Source: Eledone cirrhosa
Lineage: Eukaryota
Direction of reading: 5' to 3'
Assembly (NCBI GenBank): GCA_964016885.1
Contig: OZ024754.1
Coordinates: forward strand, 248,001-312,000
DNA: 64,000 bases
Within the stretch, counting starts at the first letter, position 1. Each line of letters begins with the position of its first letter. This document shows, in pieces, positions 53,664 to 64,000 of the stretch. Below the pieces are notes generated by a model. It searched no databases, was not told where the DNA came from, and worked only from the letters and a program-made list of their open reading frames with translations. Made by a program: the position numbers and the translations under genes.

Positions 53664-54972
53664 ACTGATTGTTGTATTTGTTGTTGTTGCTTTATGTTTT
53701 ATAAACATTCTATTCTATTAACTCGAGATATCTTTTATAATGAAGTCATAAACTAGTGTCAGTGTTGTTGTTGTTGTTGTGGTGGTGGTATATGGGGAGT
53801 GATGGTGGTGGTGGTGGTGGTGTGTGGGGGGTGGGGGGTGATGGTGATGTGTGTGGGGGGAAGATAGTGATGGTGGTGGTGATGTGTGTGTGGGGGGGGG
53901 GGTATGTTTGTTGTGTGAGTGGGATATTGTGAGTGGGAGGTTGTGGGAGGTTGTGAGCGTGAGTGGGAGGTTGTGAGTGTGCGTGTGAGTGGGAGGTTGT
54001 GAGCGTGAGTGGGATATTGTGAGTGTGAGTGGGAGGTTGTGAGTGTAAAGACGTCGATGACACGACAGAAAGACGGAGATGACATGAGAGAAGTTACAGT
54101 GAGACTTCGTGGTGACAAATATTAAGAGAACCAAAATAATGGTCTTGAGACCAGACGAACAAATACACACATTTATATAGATAGGTGTGTGTGTGTGTAT
54201 ATGTGTGTGTATAGATATGTGTGTGTGTATGTATATATATGTGTGTGTGTGTGTGTAGATATGTGTGTAGATATATGTGTGTGTGTGTATGTATAGATAT
54301 GTGTGTGTGTGTATAGATATGTGTGTGTGTGTGTGTGTAGATATGTGTGTAGATATATGTGTGTGTGTGTGTATGTATAGATATGTGTGTGTGTATATAG
54401 ATATATGTGTGTGTGTATGTATAGATATGTCTGTGTGTATAGATATGTGTGTGTGTATAGATATATGTGTACGTGTATAAATATGTGTATGTGTATAGAT
54501 ATATCAGTGTGTGTATGTATAGATATGTCTGTATGTATGAATAGATATGTCTGTATGTGTGTGTATAGATATATGTGTGAGTATAGATATATGTGTGTGT
54601 GTGTGTGTAGATATGTGTGTGTGTGTGTGGTAATGGTAATGGTGGAGTTGTTATCAGTTGTTCTGTTACAGGTTTTAAAGATGTTGTGGTTGTTGTAGCA
54701 CGTGGTGGGGGAGGGGGGTTGCAATCGTTGAATTAGGTTACTTCATAATAACTGATAAATATTGATGATCAAAGTTTAGTTCGATACACTTTGATTGATG
54801 ATGATGACGATGGTGATGGTGATGGTGATGATGATGAATGCCACAACGATGATGGTGATGATGGTGGTGATGATGATGATGATGACGATTTTAATAATCA
54901 GAAAATTATTTACAAAATACGAATAATATATAAGTTCCACTTAGAATATGTACATAGAAATATATATATATA

Positions 54973-55087
<115 letters not shown>

Positions 55088-55202
55088 CATATAGATATAC
55101 ATATATACATATATATATACATATATACATATATATATATATATACATATATACATATATATATATATATACATATATACATATATACATATATATATAT
55201 AT

Positions 55203-55265
<63 letters not shown>

Positions 55266-55304
55266 CACACACACACACATATATATATATATACATATAT
55301 ATAT

Positions 55305-55335
<31 letters not shown>

Positions 55336-55381
55336 AACACACACACACACATATATATATATATACATATATTATATATAT

Positions 55382-55541
55382 ATAAACCTACTTTCAACAT
55401 TTTCAAAACACAGTGTTGTGGTGTCGTTCATGTCTTTCTTAATGTTATTGCTCCTACTTAAGGTCGACTTCTAAATCATTTGGGTGTTCCATAAACTACA
55501 TCCTCGTTTTGTTTCTCATCTATCTAGACTATATTTTAACC
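55382..55541 (-). mobile_element. Fragment of the convergent-tRNA element
   Basis: Reverse complement of 13895-14054. Confidence 0.7.
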
Positions 55542-55758
55542 TGTAATCCATGTTTCATTTCTGTTGCACCTCATTTCTCCCCTCCCCCTCTCGATAACTT
55601 GCCTGGTAAGAGCAATGTTTAAAATCGAATTTCACAATATCATTGCACATAGCGATTTTAAGACGCATCAAATCACATACTAGCCAATGAAACATATGTA
55701 AATACGTGGTATAAGCCCCGCTGTATAACTTATCCCGGTTATTCTTCATTCTTTCATT

Positions 55759-55806
<48 letters not shown>

Positions 55807-56024
55807 ATATACATATATATATACATATATATATATACATATATATATATACATATATATATATACATATATATATATACATATATATATATACATATAT
55901 ATATACATATATATATATACATATATATATACATATATATATACATATATATATACATATATATATATACATATATATATATACATATATATATATACAT
56001 ATATATATACATATATATATATAC

Positions 56025-56073
<49 letters not shown>

Positions 56074-56196
56074 CATATATATATACATATATATATATAC
56101 ATATATATATACATATATATATATACATATATATATATACATATATATAGCTATCGAAACGGCCGGAGCTCAGCCGTCGAGGTCCTGAATCTTTTC

Positions 56197-56230
<34 letters not shown>

Positions 56231-56399
56231 GTACCTGATACACACATGCACGTGGAGCTGTGTTCACGTACATGATAACGATACAAACAATAAGAGAAGG
56301 AGGAATAAATAGACAAAAAATATGTGTAAAGGTTCAACAGGTGTAAAAAAATGTTTTACTATTATATACATATATATATATACATATATATATATACAT

Positions 56400-56749
56400 G
56401 GTGGCTGCCAACTCGTTTTCGAGTACGGCCACTACTTTATATCCACGTAGGAGAACCCCTACCGATGCGCTGAACGAGTGTGACTTTTTAGTCCAGCCAG
56501 CGACTTGAAAACTCTGGTACAAACACTACACTTGTGACAATTATTGACACATAGTGCTGGGCCCATGGTACCATGTGAGGACAAGTGCAGAGAGATCTCC
56601 AGATATAAAGCAATGCCTGTGCCGTGAAGCTTTTATAGTGAGCAAAGGCACTGCACAAAGCCAGTCCCACTCTCTTAACCAAGATGATATTTACCAAAAA
56701 GAAGAACAAGTCAACATCATTGGATACCATCAGGGTTGCAGGTGTTATA
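56400..56749 (-). mobile_element. Non-autonomous RTE-derived element, 5'-truncated
   Basis: Near-identical to 9179-9528. Confidence 0.75.
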
Positions 56750-56918
56750 TCAGATATATGTATCTATGTATATATATACATACATACATATATACATACA
56801 TATACATATATATATACATACATATATACATATATATATATATACATACACACATATATACATACATATATACATACATACATATATACATATATACATA
56901 CATGCATATAGATATACA

Positions 56919-56970
<52 letters not shown>

Positions 56971-57368
56971 CATACACCCCCTCCACACACATGTATATAG
57001 AGAGAGAGTGGGGGAGGGGTGATAGATAAATAAATAGATAGATAGATATACACACACACACATATATATATATATTAGGAGTCATGAATACCAGGTCAAT
57101 GGTGGTGAAATAGTTGTTAAGATAAAGATTATCTAAGATGGCAGACATTTTAGATAATTCGCCAATCCTAGCGGATCTTATCAAATATTGCTCTGTTCGT
57201 TGTTTACGCCAAATCTGCTGCATCAAAGCTAATGTTAAATAAGACTCTTCACACCATACTTTCATTATCGACCTATCTACAGTCGCTGTTATCGATCTCC
57301 TTCACCAATTATTTCATGTTTAGCATATCTTTGTACTTAAAAACCCTCACTGCTAATGATATAATATA

Positions 57369-57553
57369 TAATTGTTTCTATTTTAGGCACAAGGCCAGCA
57401 AATACCCAGTACATTACTGGTACTTTATTTTATCGACCCCGTAAGGATGAAAGCCAAAGTTAATCTCGGCGGGATTTGAACTTAGATCATAAAGGGACGT
57501 AACTCTATGCTTCAAAGCATGGTGTCAGACTCTCTACCGATACTTCCAATCCA
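57369..57553 (-). mobile_element. SINE family 1, short subfamily
   Basis: Near full length. Confidence 0.85.
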
Positions 57554-57559
57554 CATATA

Positions 57560-57777
57560 ATGGTTTCTTTTATAGGCATAAGGCCAGTAATTTTGGAGGA
57601 GGGGAAAGTAGATTAAATCGACCCCAGTGCGTGGCTAGTATTTTATTTTATCGACCCCGTAAGGATGAAAGGCAAAGTTAACCTCGGCGGGATTTGAACT
57701 CAGATCATAAAGGGCCATAACTCTATGCTGCAAAGCATGTCGTCCGACCCTCTACCGATTCTGCCAATCCACCGCCC
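57560..57777 (-). mobile_element. SINE family 1, long subfamily
   Basis: Full length. Confidence 0.85.
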
Positions 57778-57857
57778 TAATGATACAATAAATAATACGA
57801 CACAAAACTTTAGATATAGAAATATTTCTTTGACTGAATAAAAACAATCAACATTAT

Positions 57858-58040
57858 ATTGGCAGTATCAGTAGAGGGTCGAACGCCATGCTTTAATGCA
57901 AAGAGTGCCGTCCCTTTACGATCTGAGTTCAAATCCCGCCGAGGTTAACTTTGCCTTTCATCCTTACGGGGTCGATAAAATAAAGTACCAGTAATGTACT
58001 GAGTAATTGCTGGCCTTGTGCCTAAAGTAGAAACAATTAT
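57858..58040 (+). mobile_element. SINE family 1, short subfamily
   Basis: Near full length. Confidence 0.85.
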
Positions 58041-58210
58041 ATTCTGGTACATAGTACTCTGTTGAGTAGCTTCTGTATTGAAAGGATATTTGGGCGGGGT
58101 ATTTAAACAACACAGGGCCCGGGGGCTGGGGCACACCGAGATATGGGATTAAGTGAATGTAAAATTCTACTTGATAAGAACCCTAAAAATAAATATACAA
58201 ACAAGACAGA

Positions 58211-58335
<125 letters not shown>

Positions 58336-58471
58336 ATATATGTGTGTGTATGTATACATGTGTGTGTGTGTGTGTGTGTGTGTGCGTATGTATACGTGTG
58401 TGTGTGTATGTATATATGTGTGTGTATGTATACATGTGTGTGTTTCTGCGTGTATATGTGTGTGTTTCAGC

Positions 58472-58523
<52 letters not shown>

Positions 58524-58712
58524 TTTGCTGTTTCCTCTTTTACGAAAGTGTTTAATCTTCAACTAAATCAAAAATCTAATTTTATCAAAATAACCCCGAA
58601 ATAAGTTTCATTCATATTTGAGTTCCTAGCAGGACTTGGTGTCTTTATATCACCTTAAAATATCATTATGTGAGAATCTGGGTGTGTCAGAACTACATAT
58701 TGTGTGTAGGGG

Positions 58713-58788
58713 TGGAGGTTGCCTCTTGTCTATGCCAGTATATATATATATATATATATATACTGGCATAGACAAGAGGCAACCTCCA
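58713..58788. repeat. Perfect palindrome centred on (TA)n
   Basis: TGGAGGTTGCCTCTTGTCTATGCCAG (TA)12 CTGGCATAGACAAGAGGCAACCTCCA. Confidence 0.95.
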
Positions 58789-59069
58789 TGTAAAAATATA
58801 TTTATATACTTAATTTCATACTTGTGTCAATACGCATCTTATCGGTGCATTATAAACTTACAGAGACATTAACCTTGAAATTTTGTATTTGCATCCATCC
58901 TTTTAGTATGCGTATACAAATTATACATACATTTTTGTAAAATATGTGTAAGGGTTTTACATGTATATACACACACCGAACTGCATTTAACCCTTTGTGT
59001 TTTCATTGGTCAATTTTGTTCCCAAACGGACCTGAAATTTTGAATTGTTGTTATTATCAATAAATATAC

Positions 59070-59223
59070 TTCATTATTTCTGAAGACGGCGTATATATGT
59101 GTTGGTATGTATATTTAATCTTGATAATTTGTATAATTTTGTATAATTTTGTACATAGATCTGTTGAATATGCATACCAATTATAACACATATATATCCT
59201 AGAAACGATCGTTAAATAATGAA
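59070..59223 (+). ncRNA. Hammerhead ribozyme, family I, 115-nt helix II
   Basis: TTCATTATTT CTGAAGA [long hairpin] GAAA CGATCG TT AAATAATGAA; 10-bp perfect helix I. Confidence 0.8.
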
Positions 59224-59430
59224 CTTTTTTTGTTTAATATAAGGAATTGTTTATTCATTATTTGTTTAATATTTTATCTTGACTCTGTATACCGTTTATC
59301 TTTCACCGAAAGTGATTTTTCATTACATCTCTTCTTTCCATGATATCCGGAATACATTGAGTTCTTCATACGGATTGGACACTACCGTAAACTCTTGGTA
59401 GATTTATCTACATATATATATATATATTTA

Positions 59431-59463
<33 letters not shown>

Positions 59464-59481
59464 ATATATATATTTATATTT

Positions 59482-59531
<50 letters not shown>

Positions 59532-60014
59532 CACATATATATATATATATTTACACATATATATATATATATATTTACACACACATATATATATATATAT
59601 TTACACACACATATATATATATATATTTACACACATATATACATATATATATATATATTTACACACATATATACATATATATATATATATTTACACACAT
59701 ATATAAATATATATATATATATATTTACACACACATATATATATATATATATATAATATATACATATACATATATACACACATACATATACATAGATAAA
59801 GATATATATTAAGTATGTACGTATGTATATGTGTGTGTGAGAGAGAGTAAATATGCTAAATGCACTTATACGTAGGTGTACGTTATACAGGAAAGAGGAG
59901 TTCAGTTTTATCTTTATATCTTTTACACCTACCTTAGGTAAAAGGGAGTGTGTGTAACTAACCCTTAACATAGTTAATGTATGTTATACATATTAGCTTG
60001 CATACACACACACG

Positions 60015-60051
<37 letters not shown>

Positions 60052-60116
60052 CAAAGAGTCAGGACCCCGACGGCTGAGCTCCGGCCGTTTCGACAGCTAT
60101 GATCCGAATAATAATA

Positions 60117-60310
60117 ATAATTGTTTCTACTTTAGGCACAAAGCCAGCAATTACCCAGTACATTACTGGTACTTTATTTTATCGACCCCGTAAGGATGAA
60201 AGGCAAAGTTAACCTCGGCGGGATTTGAACTCAGAATGGCAAGGGCCGTAACTCTATGCGTCAAAGCATGGCGTCGTCCGATCCTCTACCGATACTGCCA
60301 ATCCACCGCC
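60117..60310 (-). mobile_element. SINE family 1, short subfamily, full length
   Basis: A and B boxes, core, tail; flanked by (AAT)n. Confidence 0.88.
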
Positions 60311-60412
60311 TTAATAATAATAATAATAAAAAGTCAGGACCCGCCGGCTGAGCTCTTGCTGTTTCAACTGCTAGTTCCCTATAGCTACACATACGTAGAC
60401 ACAAAGACATAG

Positions 60413-60481
60413 GAAGGTAGGCTGAAAAGTTCGTAGGCTGATTGAGTGATGCTAGGGCTGTGAAATCGCCTGACTTTTCAG
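60413..60481. mobile_element. mariner-like remnant
   Basis: GAAGGTAGGCTGAAAAGTTCGTAGGCTGA ... ACTTTTCAG. Confidence 0.45.
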
Positions 60482-60806
60482 TTTGAGACTTTGTTATTTG
60501 AGGTTACTTCAAAGAGAAAGCCATACTAGATGAACTTAGTATTTACCAGAACATTACTGCAATGTTTCAAGACATGGTGTGATATGTAATGTAGAATTTA
60601 TAGGCTAAAGCTGCGAGGTTTGTGTGTGAAACAATGGAAAGCATTTGGATGAGGTTATTTTCAAGTCTAAAAGAACAGCTACTTATGTATTAGTTCTATG
60701 TTTATAAATGATGGACATTGTTCTAAACATTTAAACAATAAAGGTTGCTAATATCCTATATTTGCCAGCATTGTATTCATTTTAAAATTATCAGGTTTGT
60801 CTGTCG

Positions 60807-60928
<122 letters not shown>

Positions 60929-61225
60929 ATGTCTCTGTATTTCTATCGTATTGTTTCTCAATATAGACTGTAGTCTGTGAGAGAATCTTTGCAGTACCCA
61001 GGAAAATATAAAGGTTGAACTGAGAATCCGTCAGTTATATATATTAAAAGATTTCTAACCAACAAAGCTCCCATACCTTGTTGCTCAACTCGCTAGAGAT
61101 AGCAGCTACATTTCCTTAAAATAACACTCCAATGTGATTTTTTTTTTCAATGGCTGCATTTAATAACGGTTTCTGATTTAGGCAAAAGGCCAACAATTTT
61201 GGGGGAGGGGAAAGTCATCCTTGAA

Positions 61226-61419
61226 CAACGTTTCTCAACCGGTGTTACCCGGAACCCTAAGGTTCCGCAAGAGGTCGCTAGAGGTTTCGTGAGAAACAGT
61301 GATAAATAATGTAAAAAACAGATATTAATAATAGTTTATAATAATTTTATGTTGGGGTTCCCTCAGACGTGAAAACTATTTCAAGGATTCCACAAATGTA
61401 AAAAAATTGAGAAACATTG
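61226..61419. mobile_element. hAT (Charlie-type) MITE
   Basis: TIRs CAACGTTTCTCAA / TTGAGAAACATTG; 8-bp TSD TCCTTGAA / TCCTAGAA; follows a SINE tail remnant at ~61165-61217. Confidence 0.75.
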
Positions 61420-61629
61420 TCCTAGAAACACAAAAGAGAGAGGTGTGAAAACCGGGATATTTTTGTTCATAGTTATTTCTAATCAAGTCTTTGATCCAAA
61501 GCTAAATTATTGATAATAGATTTAAACATTGATTTCCTCCCTGTCCGGGTGGAATATTGAATAAATTAATTAAGTAATTAAAATGAAATGAAATTAAACT
61601 AAATTAAGAAAGGCATAATTATATCTTTA

Positions 61630-63400
61630 AGAAGACGCCTCACATTCATTCACCTTCAGTAAACATAGCCTTGACCAGGAGGTGTTGAAGTCATCGGTGT
61701 CCAACAGTCCATAGTCTTGACCAGGAGGTGTTGAAGTCATCGGTGTCCAACAGTCCATAGTCTTGACCAGGAGGTGTTGAAGTCATCGGTGTCCAACATT
61801 CCATAGTCTTGACCAGGAGGTGTTGAAGTCATCGGTGTCCAACAGTCCATAGTCTTGACCAGGAGGTGTTGAAGTCATCGGTGTCCAACAGTCCATAGTC
61901 TTGACCAGGAGGTGTTGATGTCATCGGTGTCCAACAGTCCATAGTCTTGACCAGGAGGTGTTGAAGTCATCGGTGTCCAACAGTCCATAGTCTTGACCAG
62001 GAGGTGTTGAAGTCATCGGTGTCCAACAGTCTATAGTCTTGACCAGGAGGTGTTGATGTCATCGGTGTCCAACAGTCCATAGTCTTGACCAGGAGGTGTT
62101 GATGTCATCGGTGTCCAACAGACCTTAGTCTTGACCAGGAGGTGTTGATGTCATCGGTGTCCAACAGTCCATAGTCTTGACCAGGAGGTGTTGATGTCAT
62201 CGGTGTCCAACAGACCATAGTCTTGACCAGGAGGTGTTGATGTCATCGGTGTCCAACAGACCTTAGTCTTGACCAGGAGGTGTTGATGTCATCGGTGTCC
62301 AACAGTCCATAGTCTTGACCAGGAGGTGTTGATGTCATCGGTGTCCAACAGTCCATAGTCTTGACCAGGAGGTGTTGAAGTCATCGGTGTCCAACAGTCC
62401 ATAGTCTTGACCAGGAGGTGTTGAAGTCATCGGTGTCCAACAGTCCATAGTCTTGACCAGGAGGTGTTGATGTCATCGGTGTCCAACAGTCCATAGTCTT
62501 GACCAGGAGGTGTTGATCTCATCGGTGTCCAACAGTCCATAGTCTTGACCAGGAGGTGTTGAAGTCATCGGTGTCCAACAGTCCATAGTCTTGACCAGGA
62601 GGTGTTGATGTCATCGGTGTCCAACAGTCCATAGTCTTGACCAGGAGGTGTTGATGTCATCGGTGTCCAACAGACCTTAGTCTTGACCAGGAGGTGTTGA
62701 AGTCATCGGTGTCCAACAGTCCATAGTCTTGACCAGGAGGTGTTGATGTCATCGGTGTCCAACAGACCTTAGTCTTGACCAGGAGGTGTTGAAGTCATCG
62801 GTGTCCAACAGTCCATAGTCTTGACCAGGAGGTGTTGATGTCATCGGTGTCCAACAGACCTTAGTCTTGACCAGGAGGTGTTCATGTCATCGGTGTCCAA
62901 CAGACCTTAGTCTTGACCAGGAGGTGTTGATGTCATCGGTGTCCAACAGACCTTAGTCTTGACCAGGAGGTGTTCATGTCATCGGTGTCCAACAGACCTT
63001 AGTCTTGACCAGGAGGTGTTGATGTCATCGGTGTCCAACAGTCCATTAGGTGTCTCAACCCTCAACCATATTACCTTCTCGCTCGTGGGTCAGCAATGGT
63101 GGCCAAATTACTGTCCATCTTCGACTTCTGACTTCCAGCTTATCTCCTCTCTCCTGCTCCAAAGCCAACAAGAGGCCAGTTCTGCTGCCTCCCCCATCCT
63201 GCAAACTACAACCTTCTTTTCTCTTCCTGTCCTTCCAATGGCAGCGAGCATTCTCCATACGGAGTGATCTAGGAATCCCCTGTAACCCACTTCTCTGAAA
63301 ATAGCCATGGCTGTCAATCTTCCTCCTTCTACTCCTCTATAACTTCTTGATACTTGGCTCTCTTTCGCTCCAAGAATTCCTCTTCCTATTTTCTGACTCA
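61630..63400 (-). mobile_element. 5'-truncated Hero-type (R2-group, restriction-like endonuclease) non-LTR retrotransposon
   Basis: Frameshifted C-terminus EEEFLERKRAKYQEVIEE*...WLF / EVGYRGFLDHSVWRMLAAIG...EAAELASCWLWSRREEISW, stop at 63108. Confidence 0.8.
61664..63046. repeat. 46-bp tandem repeat x 30
   Basis: Unit CTTGACCAGGAGGTGTTGA(A/T)GTCATCGGTGTCCAACAG(T/A)CC(A/T)TAGT; unit starts at 61670 and 63004 are 29 x 46 bp apart. Confidence 0.97.
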
Positions 63401-63415
63401 ATAGAATACATTTCA

Positions 63416-63446
<31 letters not shown>

Positions 63447-63759
63447 TACCATCATACACACACGCCCGCACACACACAGACATATATATATATACACACA
63501 TATAAATCGTTATTTTCTGATTTTTGTCATATTTCCCACCTTCTCGAACTCTCTAGATTTACACATCATAACTATTTACACAGTCACACTATTCCACCCC
63601 ACCACCACCACCCTCACTCTCTCTCTCCGTCTCTCTCCTGCTCTCCCTCCTCTCTCAGTTCCACCTCCACAGACCACCGTCATCGTGAAATAATCTTGCT
63701 ACGTAATTCTTCGTTTCTTTTCTACCCTCACTGACTCATTTACTGTTTGGCTTACCGCC

Positions 63760-63760
63760 A

Positions 63761-63831
<71 letters not shown>

Positions 63832-63862
63832 CACTACTACTATGACTACTACTACTACTACT
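63760..63862. repeat. (CTA)n microsatellite
   Basis: Seen directly. Confidence 0.95.
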
Positions 63863-64000
63863 TACTAAAGCTCTAATGATGATGATGGTGATAATGGTTG
63901 TAAGATACCGTATCTGAACAATTCAATGTTATGGTCATGGCTGGAACGCCGTTCATCATAAATCTGTACGACAAATGTTGACTTGGATTTAATTATCGAC

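Noticed and set aside
57075-57265. Minus-strand [16 protein letters not shown] resembling a Ty3/gypsy RT motif
   Set aside because: Single short motif; the flanking RT motifs are missing
61664-63046. CRISPR-like regular array
   Set aside because: Pure tandem repeat without unique spacers; eukaryotic context, no cas genes

Overview
Eukaryotic, AT-rich, microsatellite-saturated non-coding DNA with one 200-N gap. The SINE and LINE families point to an octopus/coleoid cephalopod (inference). I cannot support any complete host protein-coding gene; nearly all listed ORFs are translated simple repeats. The main hidden signal, found by eye, is about 22 type-I hammerhead-ribozyme (HHR) motifs in about 10 unrelated sequence families (helix I - CUGAnGA - helix II - GAAA - short, mostly palindromic helix III - UH - helix I'). 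Two families show compensatory changes and two have very long helix II. They sit in Penelope-like retroelement remnants: one retains the GIY-YIG endonuclease C-terminus (25770-25974, -). The remnants are mostly inserted into (TA)n, often as fold-backs that always have the same divergent polarity. Also present: about 19 copies of one tRNA-SINE and a second SINE family; CR1-group, RTE and Hero LINE fragments; a ~600-bp non-autonomous RTE derivative (3 copies); a twin-primed RTE fragment; an element with two convergent tRNA-like Pol III units; Tc1/mariner and hAT MITEs; a 21-bp x ~119 satellite; and a 46-bp x 30 satellite grown inside a Hero 3'UTR. All pairings were read manually; no folding or database search was run, and repeat boundaries are approximate.
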